Assembly: GCF_041737375.1 (NCBI RefSeq) | Contig: NZ_JBGSRV010000008.1 | Location: forward strand, 88,500-152,499 | Length of the DNA: 64,000 nt | Reading direction: 5' to 3' | DNA from: Vampirovibrio sp. | GTDB taxonomy: Bacteria; Cyanobacteriota; Vampirovibrionia; Vampirovibrionales; Vampirovibrionaceae | Part shown: positions 20,601-28,516 of the stretch, piece by piece | How the letters are laid out: each line of letters starts with the position of its first letter | How positions within the stretch are numbered: the first letter of the stretch is position 1 | Made by a program: the position numbers and the translations under genes | Notes under the pieces: model-generated | Database searches by the model: none | The model's input: only the letters and a program-made list of their open reading frames with translations | What the model was told of the DNA's origin: nothing

Positions 20601-21725
20601 TTGGGGTTACCTTTAGCATTGGGAAAGAGGTTTTGGATGCGGTTATCCGGTTGGTGGATGCGGAAACCCTGGATGGGCCAATGTTTAGGGTGGGCCTTGC
20701 TTCTGGCTACGGTTTTGCCTGCTTCATCTCTGGCTTTGCCCCCCGTGCCGGTTCAGCCGATGGTGCCGCTCAGCAGTCCGGTTATTTCTGGTTTGGCCGA
20801 TTTACCCTTGCTCTATCCGGTTATTTCAGCGCAAATAGTGGCGGGAGAATTACAGATTGCCACCCCGCCGGGTTCTCAATTGCTGATTAAAAACCGGTTT
20901 TTATTATCCAGTCCAACCCGTCTGGTGCTCGATATTGATCAGGCCGAATTGCCCAGCAAGGTCATTCAGTTACCGGGCGGTCATCTTGGCCCTTTGCCTT
21001 ATCAAAATATCCGTTTAGGTCAGTTTGACGCCACCACGGTGCGAGTGGTGATCGAGTCTCCAGTTGCGGATCGGTTGAATGTGAGTCTGGGGCGGGGAAC
21101 CAACCACTTGTTAAGGGTGTATGCGCCCCATTCCTCCGGTATCGCCACCCGCTTTTTTAATCGGGTTCTGGGTCATCGACCTCATCCTCAGGCTCCGCAA
21201 ATTGCCTATAACGCACCGGCCAGGTCTGTGCGCAGTGACCTGCGGACTCCCTTTATGGGGCCGCCCATGATGTATTCCGCCACCCCGCCCAATCGGTTTA
21301 AAATTGTAGATATCGCCCGTTCCCAGTTGGGTGTCAGTAAAGCGGTGGATCGAAACTATGTGAACAACACCTTTAGCCTGGGTAAAGATCAGGCCTGGTG
21401 CGCGGATTTTGTCTCTACCATTTTAAACTGGGCCGGTGGTTCTCCATGGGGGCATACCGCCTTGGTGCGGGATATTTACGATTGGGGTCTGGCCAATCAG
21501 CGATTCAAGCCTTTTCCTGAGCCCGGTGATGTTGCGGTTTTTCGGTTTAGCGTTTCCGGTTTTGATCATACCGCCATTGTGGAGTCCATCCAGCCGGATC
21601 GCAGCATTACCACCATTGGCGGGAATGAAGGCACTCGCTCTGGCACAGCGCCGGGGGGCATGGTGCAGCGCACCCGCTACCAAATGGAAGATCCCCGCAT
21701 TTTAGGGTATGTGGCTCCCTTTTGA
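20601..21725 (+). CDS. AMIN domain + CHAP peptidoglycan hydrolase
   Basis: AMIN signatures PTRLVLDI and IRLGQF..TVRVVI; CHAP WCADFV...HTAIVE...GGNE; start uncertain. Confidence 0.85.
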   Translation: MGLPLALGKRFWMRLSGWWMRKPWMGQCLGWALLLATVLPASSLALPPVPVQPMVPLSSPVISGLADLPLLYPVISAQIVAGELQIATPPGSQLLIKNRFLLSSPTRLVLDIDQAELPSKVIQLPGGHLGPLPYQNIRLGQFDATTVRVVIESPVADRLNVSLGRGTNHLLRVYAPHSSGIATRFFNRVLGHRPHPQAPQIAYNAPARSVRSDLRTPFMGPPMMYSATPPNRFKIVDIARSQLGVSKAVDRNYVNNTFSLGKDQAWCADFVSTILNWAGGSPWGHTALVRDIYDWGLANQRFKPFPEPGDVAVFRFSVSGFDHTAIVESIQPDRSITTIGGNEGTRSGTAPGGMVQRTRYQMEDPRILGYVAPF

Positions 21726-21867
21726 TGTTCTCTTACAACTAGAACAGTGTCATCAACTGTTTGTTCTGTAAGCTGGTTTTAATGCCAGAATGGGAGAATA
21801 GAAAAGCGAGCGATTATCAGATTGCTTTTTCTGTAGAATAGACTACCTACATTGGAAACGATTTTGC

Positions 21868-22797
21868 ATGTCCCCGGTATTAAACGCTTTAACCATTGGT
21901 AGTTCCCAGTTTAGTGTGCTGCTGTTTTACACGCTACTGGTTTTTGCTTTATATGCCACGCTGGGTGCTTTTATCTGGTTGAAGCCATTGGAAGTGGCCA
22001 AAAAACCGTACCTGACCTGGGCCATTATGATTCCGTTGTTAATGCTACCGCTGTGGCTGGGCGCCTCGGTCTGGGTGTTTGCGGTCTTGCTCATTTCCGT
22101 GTATGGCTTCAAGGAATTCGCCAAGGGAACCGGCTTGTACGAGAAAAAAGCGTACTGTGTGGTGGTTTATATCGCCATGATTTTAATGGCCGCCACCAGT
22201 ATTTTGCGGGATTATGGCATGTTTATGGCGGTGCCTATTTGGGGAGTAGCGGCCTTAACCACCATTCCGGTTTTTACCAATCGTTTTGAAAACGCCATCC
22301 AGAATATCGCCCTGTCTGTGATTGGTCTGGTTTATTTTGGCTGGTTTCTGGGGCATTTGGGCATGCTGGCCCAGTCCACTTACGGTTTGGGCTATGTGCT
22401 GTATGTATTGATTTTTACCCAGTTTAATGACGCCATGTGTTTTTTATGGGGCAAACTATTCGGCAAAACCCCTTTCACCCATATTTCCCCCAAAAAAACA
22501 CTGGAGGGATCCATGCTGGCTTTGCTCAGCAGCATTTTAATCGCCTATTTAAACTGGCCCATCGCTTTTCCGCATTTTGAATGGTGGCTGGTGGCGCTGG
22601 CTGCTATTGTCATTAGTTTTGGGGGCCAAATGGGCGATTTGGTCATGAGTAGCTTTAAGCGGGACTTGGGCATTAAGGATTTTGGAACCCTGTTGCCCGG
22701 CCATGGCGGTATTCTGGATCGGGTGGATAGTTTGGTGTGGGTGGCTCCGCTATTTTTTCATATGGTGCGTTATTTCCATGCGGGGTTTGGGTCTTAA
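21868..22797 (+). CDS. Phosphatidate cytidylyltransferase, CdsA/YnbB-like
   Basis: ISPKKTLEG; GDLVMSSFKRDLGIKD; PGHGGILDRVDS. Confidence 0.92.
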   Translation: MSPVLNALTIGSSQFSVLLFYTLLVFALYATLGAFIWLKPLEVAKKPYLTWAIMIPLLMLPLWLGASVWVFAVLLISVYGFKEFAKGTGLYEKKAYCVVVYIAMILMAATSILRDYGMFMAVPIWGVAALTTIPVFTNRFENAIQNIALSVIGLVYFGWFLGHLGMLAQSTYGLGYVLYVLIFTQFNDAMCFLWGKLFGKTPFTHISPKKTLEGSMLALLSSILIAYLNWPIAFPHFEWWLVALAAIVISFGGQMGDLVMSSFKRDLGIKDFGTLLPGHGGILDRVDSLVWVAPLFFHMVRYFHAGFGS

Positions 22798-22798
22798 A

Positions 22799-22951
22799 AT
22801 GAACGATATTCTTCAAGCCAGCGTTAATCGGGATAGCGTGTGCCCGCCGCTCTATCAGTCTCAAAAACAGGATCAAAAAAATGAAGCGATCTCCAATGGG
22901 TTGCTGCTTGGGTTAGCGCCGTTGAACGCCTGTCTGGGAGCGCCGTTGTGA
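22799..22951 (+). CDS. Possible 50-aa coupled ORF
   Basis: ATG 1 nt after the upstream stop; its TGA overlaps the GTG start of the next gene. Confidence 0.35.
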   Translation: MNDILQASVNRDSVCPPLYQSQKQDQKNEAISNGLLLGLAPLNACLGAPL

Positions 22952-23616
22952 AGTTCCAGTACCAACACACCCCGGACTTTGGCCAGCCGCTTCACAAGCG
23001 TTTGGGCAACTATCCGCGCATTCCAGATTTCACCTGGGATTTTTGCCGCTGGGTGGGCAGTTGGCTCAGTGTGCTGTTTATTCGCAGTCAGTTTAAATTG
23101 GAGGTGCATGGCACTTTTCCGGCTGTGGATCGGTTGGCCATTGTGGCCAATCATCAGTCTCATCTGGATACCGCTACTTTGTTAGCGGCCTTGCCTTATG
23201 CCTGTCGTCAAAACACGGTGGTGCTGGCGGCAGAAGATTATTTTTTCAGAAGCGCGCCCAAGGCCTTGGCGGCATCGCTGCTGTGTCAGGGGGTGGCCTT
23301 TGATCGATTGCACTGGACAGCGGTTCGGGCCTGGTATCAACATCTCAAAAAACTGAAAAAAGGCTGGCTGCTTTTTTATCCCAGTGGCAGCAGGCACTCT
23401 TGCGAGATTCAGAGCGGCCTGCTCAAAATTCTGCTTCGGGAAGGCTGGACCATTCTGCCGGTGCGGCTGGATGGGGCCGATTTGGCATGGCCTTCTCACG
23501 CTTCCGTATGGCGTCCCTTCCGGCCCTTAAAAGTTACAGTTTATGACCCTTTTCAAGGGCATGACTTAGACGGTTTAATAGAAAAGTTAAAGCGAGAACT
23601 TTACCCTCATGCCTGA
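22948..23616 (+). CDS. PlsC-like lysophospholipid acyltransferase
   Basis: NHQSHLD (HxxxxD); variant block III YPSGSR. Confidence 0.85.
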   Translation: MKFQYQHTPDFGQPLHKRLGNYPRIPDFTWDFCRWVGSWLSVLFIRSQFKLEVHGTFPAVDRLAIVANHQSHLDTATLLAALPYACRQNTVVLAAEDYFFRSAPKALAASLLCQGVAFDRLHWTAVRAWYQHLKKLKKGWLLFYPSGSRHSCEIQSGLLKILLREGWTILPVRLDGADLAWPSHASVWRPFRPLKVTVYDPFQGHDLDGLIEKLKRELYPHA

Positions 23617-24250
23617 TAACCCGCCACCTCCCATAAAGCCTGATTTGGGCCTGTATCAAACCAAGTACCTGTTGCGGAATATTCTGCGAAACATTCCTGG
23701 CGTGGGGGCTTTGTCTCCCAATGCGCTTTCCCTGTTTGCGGTGGTGCCGGGTTTACTGGCCGCATGGTTTCTGATGCAGGGCCAGTGGTTGGCGGCTTTG
23801 CTCAGTATTATGGGCCGAATGATCGTGAATACCCTGGACGGTCTGGTGGCCGAGGAGTTTAATAAAAAATCCAATCTGGGCGCTTATTTAAACCGCTTGC
23901 CGGGTGAATTTACGGACATCCTGATTGTGCTTGCGCTGAGTTGGAAGGTTGCTCCGGTTTCGATTGGGTCTATGTTGCTGGTTCCTTTAACCGGTTGGGT
24001 GCAAATATTAGGCTTGCTGGGCCTGGCGGCAGGGGGAACCACGCAATCAGTAGGGCCCTGTGGGCAAACCGATCGGCTGGCGATTATCGCCATAGGTTGT
24101 CTGCTGGCTTTGCTGGGGTTGAATGGTTGGCCCATTTTAATTCCTATCCTGTGTATTGGGTGTGGGCTTACCATCGTCTTAAGAATTTTTCGTTCCATAC
24201 GGGACATTCGGAAACTGGATCAAACTCAGGAACATATGAACCGATGCTGA
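23609..24250 (+). CDS. CDP-alcohol phosphatidyltransferase, YnbA-like
   Basis: SPNALS; NTLDGLVA...LGAYLN......D; GP.G..DR. Confidence 0.85.
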   Translation: MPDNPPPPIKPDLGLYQTKYLLRNILRNIPGVGALSPNALSLFAVVPGLLAAWFLMQGQWLAALLSIMGRMIVNTLDGLVAEEFNKKSNLGAYLNRLPGEFTDILIVLALSWKVAPVSIGSMLLVPLTGWVQILGLLGLAAGGTTQSVGPCGQTDRLAIIAIGCLLALLGLNGWPILIPILCIGCGLTIVLRIFRSIRDIRKLDQTQEHMNRC

Positions 24251-25284
24251 CCTATCTGAACTATGCGGGAATGGCCCCCTTACGACCCGAGGCTTATTTA
24301 AAAAGTCTGATTGCGCCGGAATTATTTGGCAATATGCGCTTGCCACAATGGTTTGCCCAAGCCGAAAAATTGCGTGAACAGGTGGCCGACTGGCTGGGCT
24401 GCCAGCCAGAGCAGGTGGCGTTTGTGCCGTCCACCAGCATGGCCTTAACCATTGCGTCCCATAGCCTCAACTGGCAGCCGGGCGATACGGTTCTGTTCAA
24501 TCGGGACGATTTTCCGGCCAACGTGTTGCCGTGGGAAAAACTGTCTCGCTTTGGGGTGAATGCGCTGCCTGTGCAAAACTGGCAGGAAGTTTGGCCCAGT
24601 CGCACTCGCATGATCAGCATTTCAACCGTGAATTACGCCACCGGTATTGAGCAACCTTGGCGGGAAGTGCTGGCCAAGGCTCAGGAGCGGGGGGTGTGGA
24701 CTTGTGTGGACGCCATCCAGTCTGCCGGTATTTTGCCCAGTTGGGATCCGGCCATCGATTTTTGGTGCGTGGGGACTCAAAAATGGCTGGTAGCTGGAAC
24801 GGGCATGGCCATTTTGGTTTTAAGCGAACGGGTTTTAAAACAGTTGCAACCGCCTTTCCCCAATTGGTTAAGCTTAAAGGATCCTTCTAATCTGGATTCC
24901 GGCTTGCTGGAAACGGCCAGGGCCTGGGAGTGTGGCTGGATTAGTCAGGCCAATTTAATTCGCCTGAGTGTTAATCTGGATTATTTTTCTCGCATTGGCT
25001 GGGAAACCATTACCGAAAAAATTAAAATACGCCGAAATTATTTACACGAGCGTTTGTTGGATATGGGCTGGCATGTGGTGTCTTGTCCCAAGCGTTGGTC
25101 GGGAATTGTCTCTTTTGATCCCGGACCGGGTAGGGCCGCCCTGATTGTAAAAAACGCCCAGGATCGCCGTATTATTGTGGCCCAGCGGGGCGATTACGTA
25201 CGGTTGTCTCCCCATATTTTCAACTCAATGGGTCAGCTCAAAAAAGTGTCACAGTGGCTGTCGGATTGTTACACCAGTCTGTAA
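24244..25284 (+). CDS. Class V PLP-dependent aminotransferase-fold enzyme
   Basis: YLNYAG, DAIQSAG, QKWL (PLP Lys), RLSPH.FN; start overlaps the upstream stop. Confidence 0.88.
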   Translation: MLTYLNYAGMAPLRPEAYLKSLIAPELFGNMRLPQWFAQAEKLREQVADWLGCQPEQVAFVPSTSMALTIASHSLNWQPGDTVLFNRDDFPANVLPWEKLSRFGVNALPVQNWQEVWPSRTRMISISTVNYATGIEQPWREVLAKAQERGVWTCVDAIQSAGILPSWDPAIDFWCVGTQKWLVAGTGMAILVLSERVLKQLQPPFPNWLSLKDPSNLDSGLLETARAWECGWISQANLIRLSVNLDYFSRIGWETITEKIKIRRNYLHERLLDMGWHVVSCPKRWSGIVSFDPGPGRAALIVKNAQDRRIIVAQRGDYVRLSPHIFNSMGQLKKVSQWLSDCYTSL

Positions 25285-25316
25285 CAATAAAAGGGTTCAC
25301 AGAAAAGGACACCAGC

Positions 25317-26072
25317 ATGAAATACGCTTTAATCCGATGGTTGTTACAAACGGTAGGCCGACTGAGTAAGGGCATTCAACTGGGCTGGCGAACCGGCTTT
25401 GATTCCGGGGTGATGCTGGAATACATTTACCAAAATAAACCTCAGGGAATCACCCCGCTGGGGGTATGGATTGATCGGCAATTTATCTCCCACCCGGTTT
25501 GGGATGGGGTGCGTTCTCGCCGGAATTTTTTAATCGGTCAGCTGAATGAGGCATTGAAGCATTATGATCACCCTGCTCTCTTTGATTTCGCTGCGGGCGT
25601 TGGTTCGTATCTGTTCGCGCTTCCGCAAGGCAAAGCCGTTATAACGGCGGGAGATTATGAGCCGGAAGCTGTTCAGCGGGGTCAGGAAAAGGCCAGCCGC
25701 TTGGGCCGAACGGATATTACCTTTCACAAAAACAACGCTTTTGATTTGAATGAATTTGCGGTGCGGCAGGCTGATATTCTGGTGTGTTCCGGCTTCTTTG
25801 ATATTTTGGTGAAAGAAGAGGAAATTTTAAAAGTGCTGCAAAATGGCTCGCATATTACCCAACCCGGCGCGCGATGGGTGTTTACCATTCAGGAGCATCA
25901 TCCTGATTTGCGCCTGTTGAAGGAAACCATGGTGGATTTGAATCACCAAAAATGGGAACTGGTTCCCCGTTCCGCTGAACAATTGGCGGAATGGGCCAAG
26001 CCGTTTGGCTGGGTGCTGGAAACCGTGGAGAGAAACGATTTTTTCGCCGTCGGTACGATGGTGCGTCAGTAG
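25317..26072 (+). CDS. Class I SAM-dependent methyltransferase resembling the YnbC C-terminal domain
   Basis: SKGIQLGWRTGFDSGVMLEYIY.N.PQG; DFAAGVG; AAGGA RBS. Confidence 0.85.
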   Translation: MKYALIRWLLQTVGRLSKGIQLGWRTGFDSGVMLEYIYQNKPQGITPLGVWIDRQFISHPVWDGVRSRRNFLIGQLNEALKHYDHPALFDFAAGVGSYLFALPQGKAVITAGDYEPEAVQRGQEKASRLGRTDITFHKNNAFDLNEFAVRQADILVCSGFFDILVKEEEILKVLQNGSHITQPGARWVFTIQEHHPDLRLLKETMVDLNHQKWELVPRSAEQLAEWAKPFGWVLETVERNDFFAVGTMVRQ

Positions 26073-26101
26073 CACAGGCAATTGAGAAAGCGAAACAAGG
26101 C

Positions 26102-26788
26102 ATGGTGAATATGGGTGACAATCCGGGCATCGCATGGGTCAGTGGCGCTAGCGGCTACTGGGGCCGAAAAACAGTGATGAGCCTGCTGCGTTTGAACTGG
26201 CAGGTCATTGCCCTCAGCCGTCAGGAACCTAAAGATTTGCCGGACTGGGCCATTGCCCAGCACAAAAGCCTGTTTTGGCAGCCGTTGGATCTGGAAGCAC
26301 CGGACTGGCCCAGTGCGTTGAGCGAGTTGCCCGGCCCTCAGGCGTTGTTTCATTGCGTGGGTTTGTTTGATGATGACTTTGAGCGCATGTTGCGGGTGAA
26401 CGTGGTGCAATCGGCCCAATTGATTGACTTGGCCGCAGAGCGGATGCAGGCCCAGCAATCGGGGCGAATCGGAATTTATCTGGGTCAGAACGGGCGACTG
26501 GGTATGCCGGGGCTGGGCGCCTTTAGCGCTACGCAGGGCGCCTTGTGGACCTGGACGGAGTCTCGGGCAAAAGCGTTGAAGCAGGAACGCACCGGGGTTA
26601 GCTTGAGTCTGGTTTTCCCGGAACGAGCCCCATCCCACTTGCAGGGACAACTGGCCGAGCGCCTGAACCGAAAAATCAAGTTAACTCCCCCTGAAACGGC
26701 GGATGATTTGGTGGCAGGTGTTTTAAAAGGTCAACCCAGGGTAGGCCGAAAGCCTTGGCTTGCTGGACTTTCTACGCTGCTGACCTGA
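26102..26788 (+). CDS. SDR-fold protein with degenerate active site
   Basis: SGASGYWG nucleotide-binding motif; FSATQ at the YxxxK position. Confidence 0.75.
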   Translation: MVNMGDNPGIAWVSGASGYWGRKTVMSLLRLNWQVIALSRQEPKDLPDWAIAQHKSLFWQPLDLEAPDWPSALSELPGPQALFHCVGLFDDDFERMLRVNVVQSAQLIDLAAERMQAQQSGRIGIYLGQNGRLGMPGLGAFSATQGALWTWTESRAKALKQERTGVSLSLVFPERAPSHLQGQLAERLNRKIKLTPPETADDLVAGVLKGQPRVGRKPWLAGLSTLLT

Positions 26789-26884
26789 TAGGTTCCTTGA
26801 TGATCTCCAAAGACAGTGGCGCTCAGGCGGTGGGATTTTCTTAATCAATTGGGTGAGCAATTTTGAGCGACTAATCTCACTGGA

Positions 26885-28006
26885 TCACTCGGGTTTCGGT
26901 TCAGTTTTTAAAAACTCGCTCAGGCGAGAGAGGGCTTGGGGGAGCGTGTGGCTGCCAAAGCCCATGCGCACAAAGGCCCCCCCCGAATCATAAAGCGAAC
27001 CGGGCAGCACCAGTATTTTGTGAGCTTTTAAAACATCCAGCGCAAACTGATCCGCATGGGGGGTGTTTAAAAGCTGGATATAGCCCAAACAGCCTGCCTT
27101 TGGGGGAACCCAGCCTAGCTGGCTTTGATGCTGATTCATAAATTGCTCAAAAATGGCGTAACCGGTTTTAAGGGTTGCACGATGGGCTTCCAGAATGGGT
27201 GTTTGAGCGCTTAAAGCGATTTGAGCCAGTATTTCACTGCCGGTATTGGGGCAAATGGTTAAGTAATGCCGCAGAGACAGCAATTTTGAAATGACGCTTT
27301 GATCGGGCGTCGCCAGCCAGCCAATGCGCAGGCCGGGAAGTCCGTAGGCTTTGGACAGACTGAAAACGCTCAAGCCTTTTTCATACTGATCCGCAATGGG
27401 TGGCAACCGATCCGCAGGATTGAATTCCAGGTGCCGGTACACTTCATCGCAGAAAATCCAGGCGTTCTGTTGGCGGGCAATGGCTATCAGCGCTTGCATT
27501 TCCGAGGCGCTGAGTATGGCCCCGGTGGGGTTATTGGGAAAATTTACCACAATCATGCGGGTATTGGGCCGCATGGCGCTTTGGACGCGGGTGGGGTTGA
27601 AGGCCCACTGTTCCTCGTATAACAAGGGCACTTCGGTAACTTGGCAAATGCTGGCGGCCACGCTTTTCAGCGACTGATAGCAAGGGGTCACCACAATGAC
27701 GTGATCATCCGCCTGAAGTAAGGCTTGCATGGCGCAGTAAATGGCCTCACAGGCCCCGTTAAAAACCATCACCCCATCGGCTTCAATGGTTGTGTATTCA
27801 GCGGCTATCAAAGCCCTTAAAGCGGGTGAGCCTTGGGGGGTGGCATAGCCCAACGGCAAGGTTTCCCAGCTTTTTAACTGTTGGGGATGGGCGTAGGCCA
27901 ATAACTGAGCCAAAGGCATGCTGTCCAGCCCGGATGAACACAGCGAAATTTCTGCCTGATGCTCGTATTTGAACAGGTATTCTTCCAGTTTAAAAAGGGG
28001 TAGCAT
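26885..28006 (-). CDS. Class I/II PLP-dependent aminotransferase
   Basis: NFPNNPTG, DEVY, SLSKAYGLPGLRIGW. Confidence 0.92.
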   Translation of the reverse strand: MLPLFKLEEYLFKYEHQAEISLCSSGLDSMPLAQLLAYAHPQQLKSWETLPLGYATPQGSPALRALIAAEYTTIEADGVMVFNGACEAIYCAMQALLQADDHVIVVTPCYQSLKSVAASICQVTEVPLLYEEQWAFNPTRVQSAMRPNTRMIVVNFPNNPTGAILSASEMQALIAIARQQNAWIFCDEVYRHLEFNPADRLPPIADQYEKGLSVFSLSKAYGLPGLRIGWLATPDQSVISKLLSLRHYLTICPNTGSEILAQIALSAQTPILEAHRATLKTGYAIFEQFMNQHQSQLGWVPPKAGCLGYIQLLNTPHADQFALDVLKAHKILVLPGSLYDSGGAFVRMGFGSHTLPQALSRLSEFLKTEPKPE

Positions 28007-28516
28007 GGATCACTCCGGCTCAATGTTTTATGATTGCTTGGTTTGCCTCTTTCTATGTTACCAAAGGCTTGCGTTGCTTGAATTCCGGTTTTCCGAAGTG
28101 AAAGAGCGGATGACAGTGGCGACCGTGGGGTTGCTGAAGAGAGACTGGGTAAATTTAATTTATTAAGAAATATAAAGCAATTGGGCGCGCCACAAAACAA
28201 AGCGCAAAAGCGGACGTCATCAGTACTTAAAGCTCACTTTGGTTGAGATGAAATGATGCGTTTTAACGGTCGAGGTCATTCAATTGAGCTTGTGTAGGGG
28301 CCGGTTCTAAAGTTTTGATGAGGGGAACCGAAAGAAGAGTTATGGATTCATTTTTTTTAATTCCAATTTCTGTAATTTCGGATTTATATTCTGGAAAATG
28401 GGGTTTGCTGAACGGCATGGCCTTCAAGGGTTTAGTGGAAGGCTTTTTTGCCCGCAATCGTTTTCTGGCTTTGAAGTATTGAACACAGACGCACTGATAT
28501 GAAAGTGGGAAGTGAT

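Noticed and set aside
23941-24243. N-terminal 100 residues of the 447-aa PLP ORF
   Set aside because: Overlaps the CDP-alcohol transferase gene; family similarity starts at MLTYLNYAG (24244).
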